From assembly GCF_963921235.1 (NCBI RefSeq), contig NC_086109.1, positions 19,842,001 through 19,906,000 on the forward strand: 64,000 nt of DNA, in the 5' to 3' direction. This DNA is from Mobula hypostoma (taxonomy: Eukaryota). Both the position numbers and the translations under genes were made by a program. The notes beneath the pieces were generated by a model. The model worked only from the letters and a program-made list of their open reading frames with translations. It was not told the origin of the DNA and searched no databases. Positions 38,160 through 53,100 of this stretch are shown piece after piece (position 1 is the first letter of the stretch; every line of letters begins with the position of its first letter).

Positions 38160-41100
38160 CTGTTTAAAAAAAAAACAAAAAATTGTCAAGATTTTGCACT
38201 GCCCTGGTAAATACCCAAGGCTTGTGTTCCGGAAGCTTCATCATGGGGAGCAGAGTGCTCAGCAAATATGGTAGTGGAGTCCAATTATACAACGTCCACA
38301 CAATCATCAAAAGGAAATAATAGAATATTAATATGCATGATATCCCAGGTGAACTGGTGGAAATGGATTAATTTCAGTTAACTCAATTCCACCAATTAAC
38401 ATGGGATGGAATTCTATTTACATAAGGTTAACTTTGGGATAAATTCTATTCACATATATTGGTCGGGAGTTGGACGATGCAACCCAATGGTGATAAAATA
38501 AAAAAGGTAACAAATACCCATACAAGGTATCAAGGTACGGTACAAATAGAAGAAAACTGGGGAAGCAATGCAATGTTTTCTTTGGGAAAGAAAGCCTCAC
38601 AGCACACGGGAGGATGGTGGTGGTGGGGGGTGATGAAATGGGGCAAAGGGAGCAGACCAATTAGTCAAGATAAAGTGCATTGTCCTCATCTGTAAAGTAC
38701 AACTGAAAAGCAGATGTTAAATTTGTAGAAAATTGCGATTGAATCAGAATGCCAGAAACTCACACAACTAGGATGGTAGTGTGGACTGTAGAAGGTGTGC
38801 AATGGGAATGTGGAGAATAGATTATAGGGAAAAAAAATTCAGTGGGAGAATGAGATTTGCATAGTCTCTGAGTTGAATGGACTACTTCTGTGCCATAAAT
38901 TATGGAAAAATTCATATTCTAGGGCCCTCACCTAGAAACCCAAGAGTGATCAGACAGAGCCCTTTATATAATGAAAGGGGTTTTAAAGTATTGACTGTAG
39001 AAGGTGGTAGCCTTATCTACACATTTCCAGAGAAGGCTTCCAGGCTACTCAAAAGGACTGGAAGCATAACTAAGTGATACTGGTCACGAGGAGCCATAAA
39101 TTCAGGTGTGCGCAAGGGACCATAAATGGATTTCACCTACATTAGTATATTAATATCTAATTAATAGAAGTTATTACTTAAAAGTAGCTTTCAGAACCGC
39201 ACAAGGTATCAATTCTTGGTATTTGCAAAACAAAATTAAGTTACTCTGAGTAATATTCTAAGAGATCAGTTTATAAACTTTGGTTTATCCCTTATTTATG
39301 CATCCAGAAATCTCATGCAACTGGCAAGCATTTCTAAGAATATTAAGCAATTTCATAAGAATTTTTCAAACTCAAATGTATTTGCTGTGGTGGAGTCCAA
39401 TGCAATTTTATTCATAGGTTGTCTCCCATCAGCCTTCAGCAAGGCAGCCCCCCCTCAGTCCCTTGTGTTTTTAAGCGGTGACTGGGTCCAAATGTATTCC
39501 ATAAGATGTACTATATTTTTCCCATCAATCCACACTGTCATAAAATATTCTGTAGATCTTATTTCACTTCTGCAAAGTAACTGAAAAGATGCTCATTTAC
39601 ATTTATATACAAGCGTAGTGAAGTTGTCTGATTTGCAGCAAAATTCTCTGAAGATTTGGCGCTATAGTTTTTGCAGCATTTTATATTATTTTAAGGTGAA
39701 ACAGTACTAAAGCATTGCGATGTAAAACGTTATTTAAAGTGGCAAGATGACAAAAATTCACAATTTAAGGTTCATGTATAGAATAATAGCGTGTGAACGT
39801 ACAGTAGTTTTTTTGAGCAATTCTCATGCAACTGAAATCAGAAGCACAGTCTGCTTAACAGAAAATGTTAGTACAGGTGTCCCCCGCTTTTCGAACGTTT
39901 GCTTTACGACACCTCGCTGTTACGAAAGACCTACATTAGTTGCCTGTTTTCACCAACAGATTGCATCACCTCTGATCTGGGCCGCCATTTACGTGCTGGG
40001 CGGCACCTAATTAATTAGCTTGTTTATTTCGGCTTTTTTCTTAAAGGTGTGCTGGGTGCGTCCCAGCTACCGCTGCACCACTGTATGCTTCGCGGATCAG
40101 TATCGGTCCACGGCCCAGAGGTCAGGGACCAATGCACTACCCCAACCTCCGACAACTCAGCCTAACACACCATCATCAGTGTGTTCGGCGCTGTCTTCCT
40201 GATTCCGGAAAGTGATACTACACTGTACATACATTATTTCCACTTTATACAGGCTGTGTATTTTTATGCGTTATTTGGTATGGTTTGGCAGCTTCATAGC
40301 TTAAAGGTTACTGGAGAGAGTGTTTCTGCCGAGAGCATTTGCGTGAGATTTTCACTACAGTGGACAGTGCGGCAATGATTGTAGAAAAGTATTTCTACTT
40401 TATATAGACTGTGTATTTATCATATCATTACTGCTTTTACTATATGTTACTGTTATTTTAGGTTTTATGTGTTATTTGGCATGATTTGGTAGGTTATTTT
40501 TTGGGTTGCGAACACTCACAAATTTTTCCCATATAAATAAATGGTAATTGCTTCTTCACTTTACAACATTCCGACTTACGAACCATTTCACAGGAACGCT
40601 CTACCTTCGGATGGCAGGGGAAACCTGTACAGACATGAATAATCAAATGGACATCAAAACAGGATCTTCACTTACCAGGAAGAGGCAAAAGCTGAAGATT
40701 ACAACGCTGTGCTATCAATCCCAACTCATTCTCCTCTTCACCACGACAACAGTATGTCACAGCTATACCCTGAGTGCCTGAATAAACATCAAAAGAAAAT
40801 TAAAATTGAAGAGTTTCTCCTGGTGTTTTCATTAAATGCAATTTCGCCTCATAATTTTTGCTTCCATTTTTCAAAAGGAATAGATAAGGATACATGATAA
40901 AATTAACTGGTGTCAAGTAGCCTGTTTGTAATCATAGCGCCATTTGTAAACGTGAAGTACAAGATCATGCAAATAGAAAGGCTTCAAATTTTAGTTCAAT
41001 ACCTAGAGCACACACTCGCCACCAGGCACTTCCCTGCAGAGCATGGTTACCTGACTCAAGTCTGAGAGGACCCAACGATGTGACAGGTTCAGTTCAGGTA

Positions 41101-44100
41101 TGAAGAAAATGCATATCTTTTGTGCGCAAGTCAGACTGGTTCCATACAGTATTTTCACAGGCATGATTCATATACCTGAAGTACAGTAAGTTAGCACCTG
41201 CATATCATAAAATGTAGTAAGTTTTTATGATGAAAACCAATCTCCAGGTGCAGAAAGTCAGGTAAAAAACCTAAAGCTCCATTTTCTATTTAGGGATTTG
41301 CCTCAGGTTCTCTCCTCCGGTTACTGTTCTTTTACATACAGGGAAACCATAATCCAACACCACCTGTGATATTTGAGCAAGATAGCTATTGAGATAGCTT
41401 AAAATGTTACTTCTCAACGTGCCCCCAAGTCAGCAGTATTTTAATGACTACAATTTACTCAATATTTATGACTACTTGACTAACCCCACGCCAGCTTCCA
41501 GCAAAGTCATCGCACTCGCATTCCTCCTTCCTCATTTCTCTGCAATCCTGCAACTATCACATATATATTAATCCTTTTGGTTCTTTGGCCACATATCTTC
41601 ACTAGTGTGCAGTTGTGGTTGTACAGCTATTGGGAGGATTTCAATAAAGTGAAAAGGGTGCAAAAAAGATTCACGAGTGTGTCACCAGAGGGCTGGAGTT
41701 AGAAGAGGTTCGATGGGTTGGGATTTTGTTTTCCACCTCAAGGGTAGGAATTTAAGGAGTGATTTTATAGATATATAAAATCATGAGGAATGGTTCAGAA
41801 GGGATACAAGACAAAGGGTCCATTTCTGTGCCATAAACTTCTATAACTAAGCTATACTGGACAGTAGGCAATTCATCTATTAACACACCCTTATATATGG
41901 GAGGAACTTGAAAAGCATACAGTAGAAGGGGCAATGCACTAATCATGCTGCCCATTCCCCAAACCCTATTTTCTTTATTTTAAATAAAATGTTTTCAACT
42001 TTTTTGCTTGCTTATCTGTACTAGACACCTTTGAGTATAAACTACAGCAAGGGAGATACCAGTAGGAGCACAGACTTTTTTCAAACAAGAGAAAATCTAT
42101 AAATGCTGGAAATCCAAGCAACACATACACAAAATGCTGGAAGAACTCAGCAAACCAGGCAGCATCTACAAAAAAAGAGCACAGTCGACATTTTGGACTA
42201 AGACCCTTCAGCAGGTGACCCTTCCATAGATGCTGCCTGGCCTACTGAGCTCAACCAGCATTTTGTGTTTGCAGACTTTTTTTTTTGGCTTTAAAACTAG
42301 TAATCAGAATGTCCCCTTAATTCATCATTTCAGAAGACCCTAAACCAGTTTACAGCTAGATTTTCATGATCCACCCCAATTTTGCAATTTCAGAAAGTTA
42401 CAGCTAATCTACGTGAAGAAGTGAAAAATACAAGCAAACATCAATAGAAAGGCATGCAGACAGTTCTACTACTTGCATTAAAACTAGTGTATAACCCAAC
42501 TGGGGTAAATCATACCAAACCGGCCAGCTCTTCCAATTCGATGCATATATGTCTCCCAGTCTTGAGGAATATCAAGGTTAACAACTAAATTTACTTTTTC
42601 TGCATCAATTCCTCTGGATGTCTGGAAAAAGTACAATAAGGAAACATTAATACATTTGTAAAATACTGTTTGGTGCTATAAAATTAAAAAACCCATACTG
42701 AGCAAGTCAGATGACATTCATATGACAAGGGCATTTCCAGAAAGGATGGTGTTTATAATCCCCCCGGCATCCTTACAGTTCATGTTCAGTATTATCTTTT
42801 TTTACTTAATTGAACAATTTGGAGTTTTTTTTTGCACATTGGTTATTAGTCAGTCTATGTATAGATTTATTGTAAATTCTGTTCTATTTCTTTATTTTCC
42901 TCGAAATGCCTGCAAGAAAGTGAACCTTAATGATCTATGTGATAACATACATGTACTTTGATAATAAATCTTACATTATTAAGAACCTTACAGCCTCTAA
43001 AAAAGACAAGAAACAGCATGCAAATGCTGGAAATCTGGAGCAACATAGAAAAATCTTCCTCACATTCATGGTCCTATCTAAAACTCGCTTAATGTATTTG
43101 CCTCTACCACAGCATATTTCAGGCATCCACCACTCGAGTAATAAACTTCCTCTTCACATCTCCTTTGAACCTACCCCCTCTTACCTTCAGCGCATGCCCT
43201 CTGGTATCAGGCATTTCAACCCTGGGAAAAAGATACTCCCTGTCTACTTTACATATAAACAACTATCAGATCTCCCCTCAGCCTCTGCTGCTCCAAAGAA
43301 AACAGCCAAAGTTTGTCCAGCCTCTCAGGATAGCACATGCCCTCAAAAATCAAGCAGCATCCTGGTAAACCTCTTCTGCACCCTCTCCAAAGCCTTAACA
43401 TCCTTCCTATAGCCAGTATGAAATACTCCAAATGTGACCTAACCAGAGTTTTGCAACATAACCTCTTGACTTTTAAACTCAATGCCTCAACTAAAAGCAA
43501 GCATTCCACAGGTCTTCTTAACCACCCTATTGACCTGTGTAGCTACTTTAATGGAGCTATGAACTTAGATCCCAAGATCTGTCTGCTCAGCAACATTGTT
43601 AAGGGTCTTACCCTCAACAGTGTACTTACTCCTTGTATTTGCTCTAGCAAGGTGCAACACCTCACATTTATCTGGATTAAATTCCACTTGCCATTTGTCT
43701 GCCCATATCTGAAACTGATCTATATCGTTCTGTATTCTTTGTCAGTCTTCTACACTATTCACAACTCTACCAATCTTGGTATCATCCACAAATTTACTAA
43801 CCCACCCATCTACATTTTCATCCAGGTCATTTATATACAACCCAAACAGTAGAGGTCCCAGCACAGATTCCTGTCGAACACCACTAATTACAGACCTCAA
43901 GCATAAATAATCCCTTCAACCACTACCCTGTCTCCTATGCACATACCAGTTCTGAACCTTCTGCAGCATTTTGTGCAACTTCTGAGAAGGGACTGAGTAC
44001 TTTAAAGGCAGACTTTTGGAGAGAAAAAAAATCAAGGGACATTAGGATCAAGTAGGAGAGTGAATTTCAGAATTAGATAAAAAAAACTTTACAAAATGGA

Positions 44101-47100
44101 GGAGGTCATTTTTGTTTCTTATGCATTTTAATCTCTGGTATCCAGGATATGAAGGCACTCTTTCAAGGATTACTATGGGTAGGAACTTCCAGGATTTTAA
44201 CCCACCAACAATAAATGAACAAACATCTAACAAGGATCAGATGCATCTTGGTAGTGCTGTTCACATACACCCCCGACCTTGATCTTGAAGGCTTTGTTGT
44301 ACCAGTGCTGGAACAAATGAGCATTTAAAGATGGTAGTACTAGGATCCAGGGGGCAGGGAGGAGAGTTAGACAAGGTCAACTTTCTGAAATAGTAGTTTA
44401 TTTAAAGCCAGCTGTGCCCAAAATGTCATAAGTAAAGTTCCATGGAGCAGTTCTCTCACATAAGCTTCTTCCCTTCCACCCACAAAATTCTTCTGCCGAA
44501 ACAGCCGAAAAGAATAAAATGATTTTTAGTGCAATAAATACTAGTGTAACCACTAGCCACCACTAGAGGATGTTCATGAGCTTTGTAAACATGGTTCAAT
44601 GAGAGAAGCCAGTTTGTGTTCCACAACTAATGAACAGTTTGACCTGCTGAGTCCTGCTACCAAGTTCATATTCAAAGTTCACCCTTGACCAAAATACCTG
44701 CAGGCCTCAACAATCAGCGTATTGTTTTTGTTTGGAGTGCAAATCATTTTCTGATGTTCAACATAGAACAATGTAAAGAATTCTCTGCCAAGATGGACAT
44801 TTAAAAAAATTAATTACAGTAATTCCAGAGGAACTGGGAAATCACCAATATCTGTCCTTCAGTCAACAATAATATGGCCACTACAAAAATTTGAGACCTC
44901 TCTGAACAGAAATTGACTGCCATATTTCTTAATAGAGAACTGACTATACATCATAAAAGAACTCCCCAAGACAGTAAAATGCACAGTACAGAGAGCATTT
45001 TCAGTCCTAAGTTGTGTGGCAACAAGTGATAAATCTAGGAGTAATACTTGATACATGCAGAGAAAGAATAATACTTCTAATACAAGTTAACAAAGTTCTG
45101 GTTAACATTCCAACAGGTAGCCAAGACAATGCATTTGTAGGATTAATACCTAAAGAAAGCAGAATGACCAACAATGATATGTAAATGGATATCAGATTCA
45201 GAATATGCCTCAGTGCAAAAACAGGCACAAAGAGGTTTATTCTTAATTATATCTACGCCAGTGAGAACTTTATACTAGTTTTGGCTTTGCAAGTGTGCAC
45301 TATTTCCTGAAAGAAATAGCAGAAAAAGCTCCTGAGAATTCAAGCAGGCTAGGACTTCTTGGAGAATAGGAGACTGATGGGTCACCTCAGAGGTTTTTAA
45401 AATCATAAGGGGCATAGATAGTATGAAGGCAGTCTTTTTCCCAAGAAAAGGGAACCAAAAATGAGAGGGCATTGGTTTAAGGTGAGAGCAGATTTAAAAA
45501 GAACCAGAGGAACAAGTTTGATGCTGAAAGTGGTGTATATATGGAACAGATTACCAGAAGCAGGTACAATGATAGCATTTAAAAGACACTTCAACAGGTA
45601 CGTGGGATAAGGGATATGGATGAAAAGCAAATGCAATAGTTCAGATTGACATCTAAGTCAAGTTGGGCAGAAGGCCCATTTTTGTGCTATATCACTCTAG
45701 AGAGGATTATGAGAAACAGTACTTATTCACTCTGGTTCGAACTTCCACATTCAACCTAACTCCCCAGTACCTTGGGACTGTAACAGAGTGAACACAGCAG
45801 CTACTAAGCAGACCACAGCCGAGATGCTCATAGTTTAATCAGTTAAATTAATCTAATAGCTTTTAGAATAATAAGTGCCAATTTAGTGAGACTCAGTCAC
45901 TGGTAGTAGGACGTGTCCCTGTCACAAGCCTAGCTTCTTGATAATCTAGAAAACTCACCAGGTCAGTTGAAATGAGGACCCGACACTTAAACTGCTTTAG
46001 TTTAGACATTGCTTCAAGGCGCTGGTTCTGGTTCATACTACCTAATAAAAGCAAAATAAAAACTGGATGAATGCAAAGTAGCATTGAGCTGTGGATCAAT
46101 GAATTGTATTTATCAATACATTTACTGCATTACAACTTACCTGCATTCTTATTATGCCCTTCCAATAAATGCATGTCAATCAGATTAACTAAAATTCAAT
46201 AATTCAACCAAGCTATACACAGTATTAACTTACATTAGTCTGAACAGCACATACAGAGCAGGTGACATCTTATTTCAGTATCAATGAAGAATATCCCATC
46301 CTGGATATTAACTCCCTGGTGAAAAACACATGGGCACAGGGCAAGGACGTGCCCCAATTCAAACTATGATTTTACCCACCAATGAACATAGCTTTAAACA
46401 GTTAATGATCCTTAACATAATTTTCCATTGTACCAGAATACTCCCTCCTTTCCTCTTGAAGTTGCCAAAATTTCAGGAACAGCAAATCAGATGGGGGCTT
46501 TGAATTTTGATTCATTTTCCAACTGGCAAATTTTGGAATAAACTAATTACATATACTTACACCACAGCTCACCCACCTGAAATACAGACTGCAGGAAGCC
46601 CTCTTAAGGTGAGAATGTCTGCAAGACGCTGGGCTCTATTCAAACATGAAAACAAAAAAAAAAAATCATTAACATGTTTAAAAAGATCTTGTAGTAATAT
46701 CTGAATTAAGGCACAGAAGTACTATTAGACTGATTGTACAAATAGTTTTAATTTTGAAAGCACAATGAAAACTAAGGCAAAACTGCGAATTACATCAAAA
46801 ATAAAGTATATATAAACACATTGGATGGGGTATGAAAAGCAACAAGACAGAATAAAACTTAATATAGACCCCACAGAGCATGGATGTTCCCATTCAAATA
46901 TGGCTACAGATTCCTCTCCCACAAAACATTCTCCCTTAAAGCACAATCTGCAATATCCTTTCATATAACCTACTTCTCAGCTACATACCAAGCCTTGAAT
47001 GTTAGCCAAACATCCAAATCTGGCCACAGCAAAACTCCAATGATCTGCAATCCAACAATTCATAAATCTGTTGGTTCTACACCAAGCTCATGAAGTAATG

Positions 47101-50100
47101 TTTGCTGTAGTCCTACTCAGCAGGGCCTTGGCTCTAACACTCCCTTCCCCCTTTCACTCACCTCAGCACCTGCTCCCATACTGCTCTTCCCTTTCATCAG
47201 GGTCTCTGGTTTCGTTTTTTTTCTTTCAATCACTCAGACTACAGCTTCCATGTTTACTTGCAACACAGCAAACCCCACTTCCTCACGCACCTTGTAAAAC
47301 GGTAAGAGCTCTGTATCTTGTGATACCTTTAAAACTTACCTAATCCAATGTGAAATTTAAACAAATTTAAAAATGCGTGGAGTCTAGAATAGTCTAGAAA
47401 ATCTCCTAGTTCAGCATTAATAAAGTGTTAAATTTTGGATTACTGAGGTTTTATTATACCAAAAGTTATTTTAATTCAAACTTAAGTAAAAAAAAATTAT
47501 CAAAGAACATCTGACTTACTTAAATAACCTGACACAAATTTGTATCTCCCACTCAGTAATGTGGGAGGAGAAAAAAGGGTTATAGAGTCTGCTCCGCCAT
47601 TCAGTAGGATCACACAGAAGAATGAATAATGAAGGAATAGTCCATTTGTATACATGACAGTACCACACAAAGAGGATGATCAAACACATTCACTTACCTA
47701 CTGTGAAGATTCGAGAAGACAAGGGCCTGATTGAAGGGGACCTTGCTAAACAAATCTAGTAAATGTTGTACTTTTTCCTCAAATATCTTGTGTGGAAGCG
47801 GGTAGAAGTTTACAACCTTATAAAACTGCTTCAACCCTGTTGGGATAGAAATGTTAATCAGGATTAAAGCAAATGCCATCTTACTTCAATGTGGCCACAT
47901 AAAAAAAGTGACTGGATCCAGAGCATTAGCAAAAATACAAGTTAAACTTAAATAAACAAGAATGATTGATGTACAATTGTCTGAAGTATTCTTAATTCAT
48001 CGCTTCAATGTGCTCTGCTCACTTATCTCTAAGCACCAGCACTGACCCCAGTGTTTTACAGCTCCAGATGCTTTGCTCAGCCAAAACCCAATCTCAGAAG
48101 GCAAAATATTAAGAGACTGAAAAAGACTTCAGATAAGACTAAACTACATCAGTACGCAAGTAATTTTCTTCCAGTGTGCTCTTGAGTTACAGAGTGAAAT
48201 ACAAAAGAAATGACAAATGCTTAGAGCCACTCCTTTAACATTGTGCCCAAAGTAGGTATCACTTAGTTAACCTATGAATGAAATAACATGGCATTATAAA
48301 TGGAGTAATTATTTAATGGCTGGAATAATAATTTAATAGCATCATATACAAACACTGCAGGAGACCTTGGTGCTGGGTAATTGGCACTTACAGAAAGAAG
48401 TGGATCAATTATTTCAGTTTTGGAATTTAGCAGCATGCGGCACCTTCCAGAAACCCTGCCAAAGGGCAACTAAAGTTGAGAAAAACAATTTTGTGAATTA
48501 ACTATTGGCAACTAGAGGGACTCGTAGAACTATTTCAGGACACAAACCTGTCATCAGACTATAGGAAAACAATGGGTGAGAGATTAAGAAACACACTTGC
48601 AATGCTTTTGTCATACAAGTGGAAAATCCAACAACTTGACTTGTGACAAATCACATTTAAATGTTACCCATGAAATGAGGGACTGTTATGCAAAAGGCTC
48701 TTTAATCTGCTTCATCTGGTCTCCTATCCCCTTCCACAAAAACCACACTCAAAGTAGGCAACTTCCGGTAACATAGACAAGAGTACAAGGCTAAAGAATA
48801 TGAAAATGAAAAATGTAACTTTTCCATCACTTCCAAGTGGGCTGATATTTTGGTGCGGTGTTGGACTGATTACTGCATTCTCAGAAGAGAGACATTAAAG
48901 ACATGTCCTTCTTATCTGCTGCAGTTGCTGCTAATAATCTCATGGCATTAATCAGAGCAGAGGTGGGAGTTTGTTCCCTATCACAGCCTACATTCCACCA
49001 CGACAACTAAAATAGGAACGGCAATTAACACTACATTCCTTTTGTGGAAAGTCTGTTATATACACTAAATTAGAGGCATTCACGAAATTCACAAAATAAT
49101 TCATTAGGCAGCGAAATGTCAATTCAGCGATATGGTAATGTGATGAATAAATTCAATTTGGAAAGGTTCATTTTCCACCAACTCAGTAACATGGGACTTA
49201 AAAATCATCACCCCATATGTCAAATGCTAAGAATCTGTTAGGTCCTTTAAGCACCCTAACACTCTGGCTTTCAGACCTAATACATCATTGACAGATAGCC
49301 AATGAAAGTCTTTGGATACTCCCCTGCAGTTATGGCTTCTCTCCATTCATGGTCCCTGATGAAACCAAACCAGATAAATGGAATTTTGAAAAAACAGATG
49401 AAATGATTCGATGGAACTGGCTCAAAGGTTAACAGTCTGAGCATATACACACTTCAGATGAGCAGTGATTTCTCTGCTGCTCAGCTTGTGCATCAACATC
49501 CCCCCACCCCAAGAATTAATGCTAAGGGCAATCAGCGTGAAAGATGCTGAGTAAAGTTACACTGGTTCAACACCCTTTAAACATTATTTTAATATTTGTA
49601 TGATGTCTCAATTCATTCTGTAGCCAAGAAAATTTGCTGGCATGAATTTGCCATTTCAGAAACTGTTGAGTTGAATCTAAACTGCCACCCAGGACTGGAG
49701 TAAGTAAAAGGCAGAAGTGCTGTATTCATTCCAACAACAGGGAGCTGGAGAGAACAAGAAGAAATGCCACAGTAGGATGCTGATCCATCACTGAGCTATT
49801 TTCCCTTGTATTAAGCTTGGAATTCCAAACTTCACACCGGTTGCTTTCTACTGAATTCATTACACCTCAAGCCATTTAAAAAAACAAAGAAAACTCACCG
49901 ATGAGAGCTGGATCTGTGGGATTCAGTCTGACGAAACTGGGATCCCTCATGTACCTCATCAAGTGTTTGGCCAGTGACTCTGGGTAAGTTGCAGACAATG
50001 CCAACATCTGTTTGTTTGGTGGCAGTGAGGAATAAATCCAACTGCACAGAAACAGAAACAAAATGCTCAACGACCTTTCTGATGCAGAGCCATAACTCAA

Positions 50101-53100
50101 TGCACTCCATCCTCCACCCCCAGCCCAGAATAATACTATGATGGGTATGGCTTGCAACTTAGGCACATTGACAGTTATCTCAATAAAATTAAACCTTAAC
50201 TGAGAAGTGAATAACATTTAAACTTATGCTGTAGGAGTGTACTGGCAGTCAAGAAGTAATTCAAATTATATTTCATTATGCATATTAAAAGGAGTTTAAT
50301 ATTATTTTATCAAGAAAATCTGCAGAAGGTGGAATCTAAGCAACACACAAAATGCTAGAGGAGCTCAGCAGGCCAGGCAGCATCTATGGAAAAGAGTAAA
50401 CAGTCGACATTTCAGGCCAAGACCCTTCATCATGAAACCTGCAGACATTGCAAGTGCATACCTGGCAGGTGATCTAAATCCCAAGGTGAGGATGCCTCAC
50501 CAATGAAAAAGATAAAAATTTAGCTTAGTCAAACTTGCCCTGATATGCATGCCTCCTCCCTCTCCCAACCTGTTCCCACCATTCTCTTCATCGGCCCCAA
50601 TTGCCCAGGCAAGTGGATGATCCCGAGGCTTCTATCAGCAGTCCTAGAGTTGGCCTCTGGCTGGTAATTTTGAAGCACGTCTAAAACTAGCTTCCTGAAG
50701 TGGCAGTGGTGATCAGGAAACCATAATGTAGGAATGCCTGGGGCAAAGACCAGACTTTACACATCCAGTAGACAAATACAACTGTCACCTGTACAAATCC
50801 CAGGCTGTTCATCAGCATGCATGCTCAAATATTTGAATTAATATTAGAGCTAAAAACACAGCAATGCTCCAGTGGCAGTTGATGTAGAACCACTTAATCA
50901 GGTTATAAGCCTTCAGAAATGTCATCACCAGCACTGTCACTCTTCAGTAAAGTAAAGCATGTGTGCTTAGGACATATGGCTTCATTTGTAGAGGATCTCC
51001 ACTGTTGAAGTTAAACAGCTTTTTTTCAAACATTCACTTAAGTCTAATCAAGCAGCAACCAACCTGTGTAAACAAGTATGTGTGTGTAAAAAGAGACGTG
51101 TAGTTTCTGTGGCTTCGAGACAACACAGCTGATAACAGTAGCAACCCCAATAAGCCAATGCTGGAGGCAGAAGCTGGGAATAGTCTGGAGAACTGTAATT
51201 AATGGATTTGATGGAGCACCAGGGCATGACTGAAACAGAACAGCTGGTCTGACTAGTTGAATGTGAAAATCTGCTAGATTTTAATCCAATTAATTCAGAC
51301 TACTTTCTAGCTAAGAACTGACAAATGTATTGGCGCTCAAACTAAAGGCATTAGCTTCTATAAGAGGACAGAAACCAAGTCTTGCAGACACAAGAGAATG
51401 CACTCATTAATGGCTGGCACAGAACCCAACAGGTCCGCGGCCAATTCCTGAACTGAACCATGAAAGAGTTGTCCAATTAGTCCTTCCACATTCCTCTTTA
51501 CCCATGCTATGTTTCACATGCTCATGAGATCTTTTGAAAATTATTTTTGAATAAATCTTTAGGACAGAGCATCATAAACACAATGACTGATAGTGCAAGA
51601 CGAAGAAATAGTCACACAGGAATTGTTTGTGAAATCCAAGCAGACCTGACATTCATTGGTACAGTACGAGTGTTTAAAAATCAGGGCAGCATTCCAGCAG
51701 GTAAAAAAATTTAAAGGAAAGTATCTTAGAAAAGATTTGAAAGAGTAACACACATGGCATTTTCTGTCAGATAAAAAGAACATCAGTATAAAATTAGAAA
51801 AATTACTTTGGAGTTAGGAAAACAGGTTATCTTTTCTTCCCCTTCCCACCACACAAAAAAAATTAGAACCTGGACCTCCAGGATACTTTAGAGCAGAGGT
51901 TCCCAACCTTTTTTTATGCCCTGGACCAATACCATTAAACAAGGTGTCCATGGATCCTGGGTTAGGACCCCTTCTCTCAAGGCTAGAAACAAATATTTTA
52001 ATTAAGAGGTCAAAGGATTTCTGTTGGATAATGGCATTGAAGGATACAATAGAAAAATGGAGGCAAGCTACAAAATACTGGTCTGTCAATAGTCCTGATG
52101 AAGGGTTTCGGTCAGAAACATCGACTGTTTACTCTTTTCCGCAGATGCTGTCTGGCCTGTGGAGTTCCTCCAACATTTTGTGTGTGTTGCTCTGTCAACA
52201 GTAGTATAGGTACAACAGATTGGATGGCCAGACCTAGTGCATAGGTATCACTGTTGTACATCCTGCATATGAAGTCCACAATCACCATGGTCATTTGGTC
52301 AAGGCACAAGGGGGAGAAATAATTTCTGCAGAGTTCTTACTCCTGAATTACAAGACCAGGGGTACAATTCCCATCCCAGGAAAATAAGCACAAGAGCCTG
52401 GGCTGATGCTCATAGAACAGAACTGGTCAAATGGTGAATTGCTGGAGGAGAAAATCTTTCATGGGAGGTTTGTGGTGCCTTGTTTGTAGCATTCTTGCCT
52501 CAAAGGTAGAGCTTCTGGGTTTGAATCCCACTAAAAAGATACCAGTACAGAACTCTGCACAACAATCAGCTAGTGGTAGTTGAATTTGTCTGCAATGCCG
52601 CTTAAATGGGTTGCAAGCTGTTAGCCACTGGGATGGGTACAAGATGCCATGGCACACATTTGAAGAAGGCTGTGTCCAGTGCTCACGATAGGGCCTCCTC
52701 TACATTGGTGAGAGCCATCATAAATTGGGGGATGCTACATTGAACGTCTCCACTCCATCTGCCAAAAGCAGAACTTCCCAGTGGCCAAACACTTTAATTC
52801 CGATTTACAATCCTGTTCCAGTTAAAAAAAATCTCCTCCCCCCCCCCTTCTATTCCCCACTCTGGCCTCATCCCTTCTTACCCTTCTATCCATCACCTTC
52901 TAGCTATCCTCCTACCCCTCCCCACATCTTTTTATTCCGTCATCATCTTCTTCCTTTCCAGTCCTAACCGGCCCAAAATGTCGACTGCTTGTTCATTTCC
53001 ATAGATGCTGCCTGATCTGCTGAGCTCCTCCAGCATTTTGTGTATTGCTTTAGATTTCCAGCATCTGCAGAATCCCTCTTGTTAATGAAGAGGATTGCTA

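Noticed and set aside
52091..52127. An intact, active hammerhead copy
   Set aside because: Core CTGATGA/GAAA and stem I are present, but stem II and the ACGU stem III are mutated; no copy in the window is fully intact.
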